Of a DNA stretch of 64,000 nucleotides, positions 13,266-26,000 are shown piece by piece. This DNA comes from Octopus sinensis (taxonomy: Eukaryota): the NCBI RefSeq assembly GCF_006345805.1, contig NC_043006.1, positions 68,324,001 to 68,388,000 of the forward strand, read 5' to 3'. How positions within the stretch are numbered: the first letter of the stretch is position 1; each line of letters begins with the position of its first letter. The translations under genes were made by a program, and so were the position numbers. Below the pieces are notes generated by a model that did no database searches, was not told where the DNA came from, and was given only the letters and a program-made list of their open reading frames with translations.

Positions 13266-14258
13266 GTATGTGTGTGTGTACTTTTAACACTTTAGATCAA
13301 TCTACCAATGACCACAGCTTCTGATTCTATGAAACAAAACCTACTTTAAAATGTTATTTAAACTTTCAGCCATAATTTTATCTGAGAACCTTTGTGTTAT
13401 AATAGCAAAAACCAATTTTGTAAATCCTTTAGTCAATTTCTTTATAATCTTTGAAATTAATTGAAGCATTCAGGCTGTGTATTATATTAAAAATGTGGCC
13501 AAAAATAATGATCATGTATTGTCTCTTGGCTCCAGGGTTTTAAGGAGGAGCATGAGATGAGTAATGGATTAGAGCCACTCTGCTATCTCAGGGGTCTGTT
13601 AAGAGGGCAGTTGTGTGTATGTTTGTATGTGAGTGTGCATGCAAATTTTTGTAAGATGTGTGTCCAAGTATGTGGTGCCTATACAGAAGTATGCGTATCT
13701 TTGCAGCTGTTTCTGCCATAAAGTTCCTCAGAGAAACTTTTAAACTAAGGAAAAAGTTAATTGAAATGGTTTTCTTGGTATTACTTTCAGAAATGAAATA
13801 TTTGAAGTCTTTTGAAATATGAGAATAGAGTTGCTCTGTACACGTATCATTGCTAGCAGTGTAATATCTACCTCATCATAATGACTAACAGCTAATTAAT
13901 GAACGGTATTCTTCAAACAGCAGGACATCAGATATTTTTTTTGCTGTTATCTTGTAACTCTCGCATCAAATTTCAAAACATCATGCAATGTATAACGTAG
14001 ACTTTCTTTTACTTAGATAGATAACACAGATTATTTTCGGAGGAAAGGAATGAGATTGTGTAACAAGCATGCCATTCTTAAGGTCGTTAGTACTGTATAC
14101 ATAATGGACTGATGTCAGTCAACCAGAGGATCTTCACTGATGCATGGTCACTCCAGATGTGACCATTTTTTAATGTGCCATATGTTGACATCATACATTC
14201 AAGACTATTTTATCTGGTATAGTAATCTATTTTTAAAGATAGTAGAGTAAAATTGTAA

Positions 14259-14469
14259 CCCTTTAGCATTCTGATTACTCTGTCAACTGTAAAGCTTATT
14301 TATTTACAATGTTTTGAATTAATTATGTATTATCTCATAGCTTCAAAATTTCAATGTTGTGATTAGAATAACATTGTAGGATAGGTGGGAAAAGCTGGAT
14401 CTAGTCAGTTTGAACATAAAACAGGTTGAATATTTTGGACGGATATGGCCAGTTTAAATGCTAAACGGG
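14259..14469 (+). mobile_element. TTAA/piggyBac-like MITE (family D) inserted in a family I repeat
   Basis: TIR ccctttagcatt...aatgctaaacggg; flanks gtaa/taag are a degenerate TTAA. Confidence 0.75.
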
Positions 14470-15559
14470 TAAGGAAATAACACTTATTTCCAGCAGGCTG
14501 AACCAGAGACTGAAAAATATAAAGGCTCTGTTACACTTCACTCTATGAATGTCTGTGTATACACTTCAACCTATAGAGTAAAACTGCATGTCAGAGTGTG
14601 CAATATGGTTATTAGCTCAACAATAGCAGGGTATAACTAGAACAATAAGCCTGGGATTACACCTAGTTGTTTGGTTAATTATGTATACACTATGAGTCTG
14701 ATTGATCAGAACTAAACTGGGACTACAACATCAACTAGCTTGCAGACTCATTTGCTTGGATCATACCACTGGTTTTATAGCATTTACCAATAAACCAATT
14801 TCATGTAGTAGGTAGGAAGAGTCCTATATTAAGAATTCAACAAATTCCACTCAGGCTATGGTAGAAGACAATTGCTCAAGGTGGCTTGGGTCTAATGTTT
14901 AGAAACAGAATCTCATGTTTAGACACAGCATGGTATTTATACAGATTATTATTTAGGTATTGTGTTTAAGCAGCAGACTAAAATTAGAACCCTATTAAAC
15001 AACAAACTGTAAATTTCATTATTATTATTATTATTATGGATTCATTTTTCTGTGTTGTCATGGACTGGATAGATGTTTTTTAGTGTTTTAATGACTGGAT
15101 GCCCTTCCTATCACCAATCCTGTTAGATGTCTCTTACAATATGTAGGGATATGATGCATCTGTTATAAAACACTGGGATGTTTGTAATTACAATGTTAAT
15201 TCTTTTTACATTTAAATATAAATGAACTTCAGGACCAAGACATTTTGTCAAGGGACATTTAGAGAACTAACAAATCAGGCAATAGACTGACCCTTGTATG
15301 AGGGTCACTAAGATATTATAGCTTTACTGAGGCTAGAAATTGCTATTTATAGCCAGGTCATCCATGATAAGTAGATCTTCCAGCCATGACCATTCAGTCT
15401 GTCAGAAAGTGATGTGTCCAATGTGTCCCTCCTTTTTTTTAACATAGTAGAGTGTGACTTGAAGAAGATTGGGTCATGTTGACCATATCCCTCTTTGGTT
15501 CATGTTGTTACAAGATGTGTGTCAGATGGTAAGTTCTGACATGCAATTTACACTTTAGC

Positions 15560-15860
15560 ACACAAGTACATACATACATACATATAAATGGACATACACA
15601 AAGATACAGACATATGTAGATGTACACATTCATACAGACAAAGGCACATACACAAACATACAGACACACCCGCATGCACTGATATATTCATAGATATATA
15701 CACTTACAAAGATACTTAGACACATAAATATACATGCAAAGATGCATACAGAAAGACACATGCATACAAACACACACACATACATACATGGACAAAGGCA
15801 CATACACATAGACACACACAAACACATATGCAAAGACACACAACTCATACACATACACAG
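15560..15860. repeat. Degenerate (CA/TA)n low-complexity tract
   Basis: Continuous cacata/gacaca repeats; these explain the Cys/Val/Met-rich ORFs here. Confidence 0.85.
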
Positions 15861-16659
15861 TGAGAAATGTCAATAATTAATTTGTTAATGTTATTTAATG
15901 ACTAATTTGTTTTTATATGTGATGATTAATTTTATGTACATCTCATGCAGCACATCATTCCTTACCACCCACTAGCTACCCAGGTATACATATATACTTG
16001 GGTGTGTCTTAGAGCAACACAATACCCACTTCTATCCTAGAATTTATCACTTCAAACATCTAGAGATCTTCAGTGAAATAACAAACAATTCATCGTCTTC
16101 AACAGATTCATGTTTGGAAGCTTACAAAACTTCACACAAGCTTTTAAAATGCTAATCCCGTTTTGGGTGGTAACGGATAAGAATGGTAATGTTTTGAGGA
16201 AGGAATTACAGACAGGATTGTCCCTGGTTTTTGATAATCTGAGTGATGGGTTTCCTTGTCTGGAGGAGCTGAGATAGAATGGCAATATTTGGTGGTGTGG
16301 TAAAGGAAGGTTAAATTTTTGTAATTTGATACAGTTTAAGAAATACAAAATAAAAATAATAATAATTAACTTCAAAAGTTTTACTTGTTAATTTTGAAAG
16401 GAAAAAAATACAATAGTTTTAAAAAGGAAGGAAAATGGAAGCAAGATTAAGAAAAACAAAACTTGTTGAAGTTAAAAACATTAATAATTCTGTGAAAGAG
16501 AGAGAGAGAGAGAGAGAGTTTGGTAGTATCAAAGACAGCTGAAATAGGAACATAGAAAGAAGAAGAGTAAATAAAATATTTTGTATAAATAAAACAGAGA
16601 AGTTGCTTGGTTACATAGAATGCTTAGAGGTTTACAGCAGGATTTATCTATTTATTCTC

Positions 16660-17245
16660 CAGAGATGTATGTTCCCTTCTACAGATATGTGTGTGTGTGC
16701 ATGTGTTATCTTTCAACAGATGTGCATATTACCAATCTACAGACGTGTGTGATACCATTCTACAGACGTGTGTGTCTACAGACATGTTACCATTCTACAG
16801 GCATGTGTGATACCATTCTACAGACGTGTGTGTTACCATCCTACAGATGTGTGTGTTACCATCCTACAGATGTGTGTGTTACCATCCTACAGATGTGCGT
16901 GTTACCATTCTACAGACGTGCGTGTTACCATTCTACAGATGTGCGTGATACCATCCTACAAATGTGTGATATCATTCTACAGACATGTGTTACCATCCTA
17001 CAGACAGGTGTGTTACCATTCTGCAGATGTGTGTGCTACCATTCTACAGACGTGCATGATACCACCCTACAGACGTGTGTTATCATTCTACAGACGTGTG
17101 TTACCATTCTATACATGTGTGTTATCATTCTATAGACATGTGTGATATCATCCTACAGATGTGTGATACTATCCTATAGATGTTGTGATACCATCCTACA
17201 GATGTGTGTGATACCATTCTACAGTGTGTGTGTGATACCATTCCA
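16660..17245. repeat. Minisatellite, ~21-23-bp unit (gtgt)gttaccattctacagac, ~25 copies
   Basis: Directly visible tandem units whose (GT) spacer length varies. Confidence 0.95.
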
Positions 17246-17384
17246 AAGTCACTACAAGTGAAGGCTACAAGAATCTAATTAAAAGATTTACTTGATTTAA
17301 TTCGCTTAAATATTAATGTCTTAGGTGATGGCCTCCAGGTTGCTGCAATGAAACACAAATATTCAATAAATAACAATAAAAAAA

Positions 17385-17845
17385 TGGTGGTTTCAAATTT
17401 TAGCACAAGGCCAGCAATTGTAAGGGAGGAGTGAAGTTGATTACATTGACCCCAGTGTTCAATTGGTATTTATCTTACCCCCCCCCCCCAAAGGATGAAA
17501 GGCAAAGTTGACCTTGGTGGAATTTGAACACAAAATGTTAAGACAGACAAAATACAGTTAAGCATTTTGTTGGCATGTTAATAATTCTGCCAGATTATCA
17601 CAATACTACTACTACTAATAATAATAATCCTTTCTACTATAGGCACAAGGCCTGAAACTGGGAGGAGTGGGATAGTCGATTACATCACTCCCCCCATTAT
17701 GCAACTGGTATTTAACTGATTGACCCCAAAAGGATAAAAGGCAAAGTCGACCTCGGCGGTGTTTGAACGCAGAACATAGCAGCAGACAAAATACCACTAA
17801 GCATTTTGGCTGGCATGCTAATGATTCTGCCAGCTTGCCACCTTA
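17385..17845 (-). mobile_element. Two tandem family B SINEs (17385-17600, 17625-17845) separated by (ACT)/(AAT) repeats
   Basis: Each has the body aaggcaaagt.gacct.gg.gg..tttgaac and ends ttctgccag. Confidence 0.85.
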
Positions 17846-17874
17846 CTAACAATAACAACAACAATAATAATAAT

Positions 17875-18420
17875 CACACTATGGAATAACAACAGAAAAA
17901 AGATGGTATAGGCACATGCCAGAAAAGGTCACAGAAAATGAGAAAGCAACCATACTACGGGATATGCCAATACATACAGATAGAGAATTGAAGGCCAACA
18001 GGCCAGATATAGTTGTCAGAGAGCATCAACAAAAAATGCTATCTAATTGATATATCAATACCAGCAGATGACAACGTTTCTCTAAAAGAAATGGAGAAAC
18101 TTTCAAAATACAAAGACCTGGAAATAGAGGTAACTTGAATGTGGAGTCTAAAAACAAACAATTCCTATCAGAGTAGGTGCATTAGGCATGATAAAAAAAA
18201 CATTCAGACAAATACACAAAAACACCAAGACTAACATATATATATATATAACATACAGAAAATAGCACTACTAAGCACTGCACATATCCTACATAAAACA
18301 CTTTCAATACAGTAACCATAAGAGCATCACAACAAACCACAGCACATACCCAAGGCACACAGAGCTGCATTCGGTAGTGCACGATAACAATAAAACTACT
18401 GAATGATAATAATAGTAATC
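17875..18420 (+). mobile_element. 5'-truncated R4/Dong-clade non-LTR retrotransposon (REL endonuclease region plus 3' UTR)
   Basis: Translates HYGITTEKRWYRHMPEKVTENEKATILRDMPIHTDRELKANRPDIVV/CYLIDISIPADDNVSLKEMEKLSKYKDLEIEV...VGALG...IQKIALLSTAHIL. This carries the RPD..D..K.Y restriction-like endonuclease signature. Flanked by (AAT)n. Confidence 0.85.
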
Positions 18421-18444
18421 ATCATCATCACAATAATAACAATA

Positions 18445-18665
18445 ATGGTTTCAAATTTTGGCACAGGGCCAGCAGTTTTTGAGGAGAGGGGATGAATCGA
18501 TTACATCAACCCTAGTGTTCAACTGGTACTTATTTTATCAACTCCAAAAAGATGAAAGATCTTGTCAAACTCAGCGGAATTTGAACTCAAAATCTAAAGA
18601 CACACAAAATGCCACTAGGCATTTTGCTCGACATGGTAATGATTCTGCCAGCTCCCTGCTGCCGT
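18445..18665 (-). mobile_element. Family B SINE
   Basis: ggtttcaaattttggcacagggccagc...cggaatttgaactc...gattctgccagctc. Confidence 0.85.
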
Positions 18666-18684
18666 AGTAGTAGTAGTAGTAACA

Positions 18685-18989
18685 ACACTTTTAAATACTA
18701 TGGCCAAATACCAGGAAACCTCAAAATATCAGAACTACAGAAAATTATTCTCATGGGTCCTGCTTGTATCTTAAGGAAAACATTCTCAACCTGAAAATAC
18801 TTGATTTTTCTAAAACTTCTTCAAAACTGAAATATTACAAATTCAACAGAATCATAGCTCTCTGATTCTAGTCTCCTTTCTCTACCAAATATCATTGTTA
18901 ATCGCAATTGACACTCATAGTAAAACGTTCACTGAAGTTTCTGAGTGAAATCTGGGAGGACTTGTATAAAACAAAGCAACTACAAGGTA

Positions 18990-19022
<33 letters not shown>

Positions 19023-19032
19023 CTATAATATA
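18685..19032 (+). mobile_element. Short 3' remnant of a second R4/Dong-like family with an (AAT)n tail
   Basis: KYYGQIPGNLKISELQKIILMGPACILRKTFST* matches the C-terminal IQK..L.GT..ILR motif of the neighbouring elements. It has a different 3' UTR and a tail at 18990-19032. Confidence 0.65.
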
Positions 19033-19988
19033 ATGGACAAAACTGCTTATTAATTAGGTATGTAACAATTACTAAAAGAAAGCAATTATTAAAGGCTTGA
19101 CCATTTGGAAATTTTTTATAAATTCATGTTCTAAGAAATTTCCTGTAATTTTGATTTCTGAAGTTTACTGAATACTTGAACAAGTTTCTCACAAATTTAA
19201 ATATTTGTTGCATTCACTGCAGAGTAGATTTTAATGTTCAATAAAGATATTAATTTGTTGCAGATGAAATTCTCCATTTTCATTTGCAATAGTCTCTCAC
19301 TTTCTCTTGCCTCTCTATTTTCATTAATGATAATATATATATATATTCATTTCAATAACTGTATAACTTTGAGGTTTATGATACAAGGCACAATTTCAAG
19401 AATAATATTAGTTTCTGGAATTTGTTAAATGAATATTTTTGATAGAATGAAAATTTGTTAATATACTGGTATAATTTAAAAAAAGAAAATTAAGCGATTT
19501 TGTTGGTATGGCTGGTTGGAATGCTACAAGCTTTACAATAACAGGTGTGTGATCACTGCTATTTTTTGCATGCTAGACCTAGTTGGGTTACCTTGAAGTT
19601 TGTTTAAGTTAGAGATATATTACAACTGCGATAAATTACTGAAAGAAATATTTACTAAGCAAGTGAGATTTTTTATAAATTGAAGTTTTCAGGAAAATAT
19701 ACTTTCTGAACTTCCTTTTATTATTGAATATTTCAGGTTCACAAGTTTAAATATTTGGTACAAGATAGTTTTTAATGATCTTTTATTTATATGATTTTTC
19801 ATTTCATGTTTACTTCATTCATTGTGTGCAATGTTCTCTCTCCCCCCTCTCACACACACTGTCTCTCATATAAAGACACACATTGTATAATTAGAATTGG
19901 GAATCAAATGTGAAAACATTATCATGTGGCTAGCTGAAAACCACCTGGAAGGCAGTTTTTCTGCAAGTAATAATAATGTTGATAATGA

Positions 19989-20549
19989 GGGTCTTGAAAG
20001 GACATTGAAATGGTATGAGCATAAGCCAGAAGGTGTCACTGAAAATAATGAGTATAAGATCTTGTAGGATTTTAGAATTCAGTATGATTCAGTGATTGAT
20101 GCTTGGAGATCAGACATTGTTGTAGTTGATAAAATGATGAAGGAAACCAAGATGATAGATATTGCCATACCTAGGGATGTACAAGTGGATGATAAAGAAC
20201 TGGAAAAGACTGAGAAGTACAAAAAGTGAGATCACATGAATGTGGGCACTGAAGAAAAGTAGCTGTCACCACAGTAGTTGCAAGGGTACTGGGAGCATTA
20301 GCAAGCAGTCTCGAGAAATTTGTTGGAGAAATTAGGATTGACATGAGGATAGAACATGTTCAGAAAACTGCTTTATTGGGGACAGCGAGGATTTTGAGAC
20401 TGGTACTTGGATGTGAAGCATCGTGGAAAGAGACCCTGTACCAGTGAAAACAGGTTGTTGTCTGCTCTTACAGAATTAGCCAGAGCAAGTGAAATCGAGA
20501 GCTCTGAGAAGTGAAATATAAAAAGTATTATAAAAATAATAATAATAAT
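19989..20549 (+). mobile_element. Third R4/Dong-clade remnant (REL endonuclease region)
   Basis: GLERTLKWYEHKPEGVTENNEYKIL*DFRIQYDSVIDAWRSDIVVVDK...IDIAIPRDVQVDDKELEKTEKYK...HVQKTALLGTARILRLVL; flanked by AAT repeats. Confidence 0.85.
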
Positions 20550-20764
20550 TCTTTCTACTAGAAGCACAAGGTCTCAAATTTGGGGGAAGGGATTAAGTTG
20601 ATTACATCGACCCCAGTGTGTAACTGGTACTAATTTTATCAACCTCTGAAAGGATGAAAGGCAAAGTTGACCTTGGAGGAATTTAAACTCAGAACGTAAA
20701 GACAGATAAAATATCACTAAGCACTTTGCCTGGCATTCTAACAATTCTGCCAGCTTGCCACCTC

Positions 20765-20795
<31 letters not shown>

Positions 20796-21010
20796 GCAGC
20801 AGCAATATTAACAACAACTATAGTTCCAAATTCTGGTACAAGGTCAACAATTTTAGTGATCCCAGTATTTGACTAGTATTTCTTGCATTGGTCCTGAAAG
20901 GATATAAGTCAAAGTTAACTCTGACTGAGTTTGAACTCAGAATGTAAAAAAAAAAACTGGAACAAAATCCTGCAAAGTGTTTTTCCAACATTCTAACATT
21001 TCTGCCAAAC
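20548..21010 (-). mobile_element. Two family B SINEs (20548-20765 and a degenerate copy at 20820-21010)
   Basis: Same body as the other family B copies; (AAT)n lies between them. Confidence 0.8.
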
Positions 21011-21492
21011 TACATCATGGTTGAATCTTAGAGAAATTGGGTTATGGCCTCATTTTGGTGAAAATTGACCCTTTTCTGTGATACTATGTTAAAGGAAGGA
21101 CTATAGTGTTTGGTGATAGTATGGAGATGTGTGTGTGTACTCAAGCACTCGACTATGAGTGCATTGCATATTACAGTAGAAACAGGTGTAAGTTAATGAA
21201 GTCCATAACAATTGTTTATTTCTTTGTCATTGCATTTTCATACACACACACAGACACATTTACATGATGGTAGAGCTGTTGGTGATAGTGAGATGATGAT
21301 GATGATGATGGTGGGTGAAACAAGTAGCTTGTAGAGGTGACGGTGGTGGCAGGTAGGGGTAGTAAAAAAAATTGAGGAAATGCTGGTAGTTAGATTAGAG
21401 ACCAGAAAGTCAGGTTTCATATCTGGAGGAGGAGGAAGAGAACCTCTAGTTTGTTGAGTAGAAAACATCTAATATGTTAGTACAGAGAGAGT

Positions 21493-21531
<39 letters not shown>

Positions 21532-21634
21532 CAGACAGAGAGAGAGAGGAAGGGACGTCATGATGATGATAATGTGTGCTATCTCTAGGTGGCGGTGTTG
21601 TATAATATGCATGCATGAGTATGTATGCATGTAA

Positions 21635-21669
<35 letters not shown>

Positions 21670-24067
21670 CTTGTGAGATATTGAGTAGATAGTAAAGTTC
21701 TTATTTATGCTGCAGCCATTGAAATGTTATATGTAATCTTCTCATATATCAGTGTGTGTGTGTATGTGTGTGTCTGCATATGTGTATATATACACATTCA
21801 ACTTAGTGGAAAACAAAGTTGAATGTTGAGATTTATCAAGATCAGTTTTCACATTTGGAGAAATAAACAGAGTGGTGGTGGTGGTGGTGGTTGTCGTCGT
21901 TGTTGTCCTGTAGGTGGTGGTATAGGAGTGAATGGTGGGGTAGGTGCGTGTGGGGGGTGTGTGCAGTTGTGGGGCTGTAGCAGGGGTGCATAGGAGTGGT
22001 GGTGGTGGTGGTGGTGTAGACTTGAGGAACCGAAGGGGTGTGTGTGCGTGTCTGTGGTTGGGGTGGGTAGTAAAACAACTGGCAGCCATTTAATTTGCCA
22101 AAATTTCTATGAAAAGACCAAAATTTCCGCCCCCCCCCCCCGCAAAACAGGAAGAATTTTTCGGTGAACTTATGCGAGGAATGTAAAACATAAGGCAAGA
22201 AATAGGTTCAAGTCCAGTAGGTGGAAGAGGTGGGGAGAGGAAGAATCAATGAAGAACAATTAATTCCTGTGGTTTTAATTCAAGCAGTCTGGCCAAAATG
22301 ATCCAAATTATACAATGACCTTATTTGGGGTATAGCTACTGCCGCTTGTTGATTTTGATAAACATACTGATGATGATGATGATGATACTAACCGAAACAA
22401 GGTCATAACGAGGTCATCTTATTCAAGGAGAAGCTGACTTTATATTAGTTGGTTGGTTCAAATCTTGGGAAAGTACTGTTATTCAATCTAATCCCCACTA
22501 CCAGTACCACCGCTATCACTACCACCACCATCATCCCAACTCCAGCACCACCACCACCACCTGGCATCACCGTTAATAACTTTATTAGTTCTTTACAACT
22601 GTTGTAGGTTGATAGACATATAATTATGTTATTATAATTATTGTGCTATTATAAATACATACATCACTATTGCCAACATCATCATCATCATCACCATTGC
22701 CAATATTGCCAACATCATCATCATCACCATTATCAATATCGTCATCGTAACTAGTGACATCATCATTATCATCATCACCACTATTGCCATCGTCGTCATC
22801 GCCAATGACATTGTCATCGACAGAATACTGTGATAAAAAAACTGTAAACGTCATCAGATCAAATACGAAAGGTTAACACATGCTTCAATCTTCTTAGCTA
22901 AGGTCATGCTACAGCACCGCTTTCATGTGTGTCGACTCATTTACAATATTCCATTGGTGGAAAGATACAAAGCGGATCATACCATCTGCATAGTTTGCAA
23001 GGGTGGAGACGAAGCTTTCACAGTTGGTTGGCAACAGGAGGCTAAAAGTGTTAAAACTACAATAACCAAGGCATTGTCTAATATTGTTTTAACTAATAAT
23101 ATTTCCATTATCTAACTAGGGTTAATACATAAATATAAAATCTTTTGGCCTACGTGGTTAAGATGAAACACTAATGCTCTTTCTCTCTCTCTCTCTCTCT
23201 CTGGAAAACTGAAGTGAGCTGTTGTTTTGTTACAGCATAATAGCACCATTCCACATGAAACAACACCACCAGAAGTAGTAGTAGTAGTAGTGGTGATGGT
23301 GTGGCGGTTGTTATAGCCATGACATGTTTTGCTAGCAACGACTGTTATTTCTAGCATTGAATGGATAATTATTAACATTCAAACACAGCTTCATATGTTG
23401 AGGGTTGGATTATATATTATATAAAAATGCAACTATGCCCACACACACACATTTGTATGTGTGCTTATTTATGTATGTAGGTGAGCATGTGTGTGCTTTT
23501 GTATGCATAAGTGTTCATGTATGCAGGAGTGTGAGCATGTGCAAGTAATTGCCTGAGTATGCAAGTTTGTCTTGTCTAGGTAAGTATGTCACTGTAAAGC
23601 TTGTGTCCAGATGGCATTTTATATTATAGGGGTGTGTGAGAGAGAGAGAAATAGAGATGCAAGTTTATCTTGTGTAGGCATTAACATTAAACTTGTGTCC
23701 AAATGTATAAGTATGGGCACATGTATGTCACTTTATATTATAGAGGTGTGTTTGTGTGTGTGAGAGAGAGAGAGTTGGAATGTTTAGACTTGAGCACTGA
23801 AATCCTGGTGAAATTTTAGGGGCACTAACTATTGCGACAGATTGCATGCCTTGGGTAGGTTCTAAACATACCAGGTGCTCATCACTCTCTGGGTCTGATA
23901 CAGCTTATTTAAGAGACAGTGGATGAGGAGAAGAAAACATCACGGTTTCATCTTAAACTCAAAGGCAAAACCATTTTTGTATCACTGAAAGCATGTGTGC
24001 ACATGTGTATGTGTGGGTGTTTACACATATCAACATATACACACAAACACACACACACACAGATATA

Positions 24068-24303
24068 CAGGGCGGCCCAAAAGTAGGTTTACAGTTATTC
24101 AACTATCTCTTTCACATTCATATATTAACAGTTTAGATCTTAATTATAAAAGAAATATGAACCCATTATTCTATGCTAATTTAGTTAATTTTGTCAAGCT
24201 CCCTTTTCAGTTTGTAAGATAGAAATTTAAATGTAATAAAATGTTTTAAAAGAAATTTAAAGTGCCTACGTGATAACTGTAAACCTACTTTTGGGCCACT
24301 TTG
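24068..24303. mobile_element. Tc1/mariner-type MITE with ~30-bp TIRs and a TA target duplication
   Basis: TA|cagggcggcccaaaagtaggtttacagttat ... ataactgtaaacctacttttgggccactttg|TA. Confidence 0.9.
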
Positions 24304-24315
24304 TATATACATATA

Positions 24316-24382
<67 letters not shown>

Positions 24383-24424
24383 TACATTTTATATATATAT
24401 CTATTCAGGCAACTGAATGATGCT

Positions 24425-24640
24425 TTCAACTATAAGCACAAGGCCTGGAATTTGGGGGGAGGGGTGGCAGCCAGTTGATTACATCAACCCAAATGTTTAA
24501 ATGATACTTATTTCAGCAACCCCATAAAAATGAAAAGTAAAGTCAACCTTGGCAGTATTTGAACTCAAGACATAGAGACACGTGAAATGCTACTAAGCAT
24601 TTTGTTTGGCATACTGATGATTCTGCCAGCTTGCTGCCTG
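24425..24640 (-). mobile_element. Family B SINE
   Basis: gcacaaggcctggaattt...tttgaactca...ttctgccagcttgctgcc. Confidence 0.8.
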
Positions 24641-25416
24641 AGGGAAGCTGAATGATAAATATTTATTTTTTAATATAAAATCATGAAAGTAAGGAATATG
24701 ATTGCTTCACTTCAACATGTGATCTGTATTTTATGAATTTTGATAAACATATGATGGTTTACTTGGTGCACATGTAACCCCTAACTTTAGAACCTTTGCC
24801 TTATGTTACCATATATAAACGAAAATAATTGAGATATAATCTTTAATCACATGCTCCTCCTCTTACACACACACACACACACATGGACATAAAGAGACAC
24901 AAACGTAAGCTGATTTAAAGACGAATATGTAAGATGTTGCCATGGTTACACATGGCCTTGTTCTCTCCAGTCTGTGTGTCAGCTAAACAAAGTGAAACAA
25001 GTAGGTGACCAACATCAAGTGACAAGTAGGTCTGTTGCTCTCCTTTAGTTGCTGCCATTGAAGGAGATTCAACAAGCAACTCTTAGACAATAAGGAAACA
25101 CTGCTCTTTTGACTGTTTCCTGAGACCATCTTCAGTGACCAGGTAGGTGGTGGTGGAGGTGATGGAATGAGGGTGGGAGTAATGGAGTATGAGGTTGTGT
25201 TAATTAAAACTTCAAACTAACCAGTAAATTTGAAACCCTTCAGAAGGTAAGGGCTAGTCTGACCTTGGTAATGGAGAGAGGTCAGATTTCAAAGCAAAGC
25301 AATCAGCTTTTCCTCAATACAAGGAATGATCTTCCTATATGTAGCATTACCTTTCAGGTACAGATATGACCATATTGTATTACATATATAACCATTCTGT
25401 ACAACACTACAATACA

Positions 25417-25450
<34 letters not shown>

Positions 25451-25509
25451 CATACAAACATATATATCGTCAGTGGATCATATACCTGGAAAAGAAGCAC
25501 AATCTAAAA

Positions 25510-25800
25510 CAGTGATTCCCAAAGTGGGTGGTACTGACCCCCTGGGGCCCCGGTGGAAAGATGTGGGTGGGTGGGAGTGAGGCGTTGAAGGAAAGTGGGG
25601 CAATAATGGAGTGGCAAATGGATGTAAAAATAACAAAATAATTGGTTAATTAGGTTAAGTTTTAATTGTGAAATATAGTTGCTTTTGAATTTACTGCAGA
25701 AAGTGGTCTGTGCTTGTGGTGGTGAATGGGGGGAGGGGGCACTAGGAATGTGGACAAAGTGCCAAGGGGGCAGCAGCACAAAAATGTTTGGGAACCCCTG
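25510..25800. mobile_element. hAT (Charlie-like) MITE
   Basis: TIR cagtgattcccaaa...tttgggaacccctg; the 8-bp flanks aTCTAAAa / cTCTAAAg fit a hAT target-site duplication. Confidence 0.8.
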
Positions 25801-25854
25801 CTCTAAAGCATAGAACAGTAATGTGTTTACAGGAAGTTAATTATATGGCCAGTC

Positions 25855-25919
25855 ACAGAGTGACCAATGGTTTCGCATCCATAAAGCGCTTAGCCTTCTA
25901 GACAACTTGTCAGACTCCA
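25855..25919 (-). ncRNA. Type I hammerhead ribozyme relic (minus strand)
   Basis: GGAGU-CUGACaA-[GUUGUCUAGAAGGC/UAAGC/GCUUUAUGGAUGC]-GAAA-CC AUU GGUC-ACUCU. GAAA, stem III and the GUC site are intact; the core has G8>A. Confidence 0.7.
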
Positions 25920-25932
25920 ATGGCTGCAGACA

Positions 25933-26000
25933 CATAGAGTCTGATGAGTTGTCTATAAGGCTAAGCGCTTTATCTATGTAAAACCATTGTTCACTCTATG
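25933..26000 (+). ncRNA. Type I hammerhead ribozyme relic (plus strand)
   Basis: CAUAGAGU-CUGAUGA-[stem II GUUGUCUAUAAGGC/UAAGC/GCUUUAUCUAUGU]-aAAA-CCAUUGuUC-ACUCUAUG. Stem I is a perfect 8 bp and CUGAUGA is intact, but GAAA has become AAAA and GUC has become UUC. Confidence 0.7.

Noticed and set aside
16620-17145. Cys-rich 171-aa and 125-aa ORFs; possible CRISPR-like array
   Set aside because: These are translations of a minisatellite. There are no unique spacers and no cas genes, and the context is eukaryotic.
22624-22854. Asp-rich ORF
   Set aside because: It is a degenerate (CAT)n repeat.
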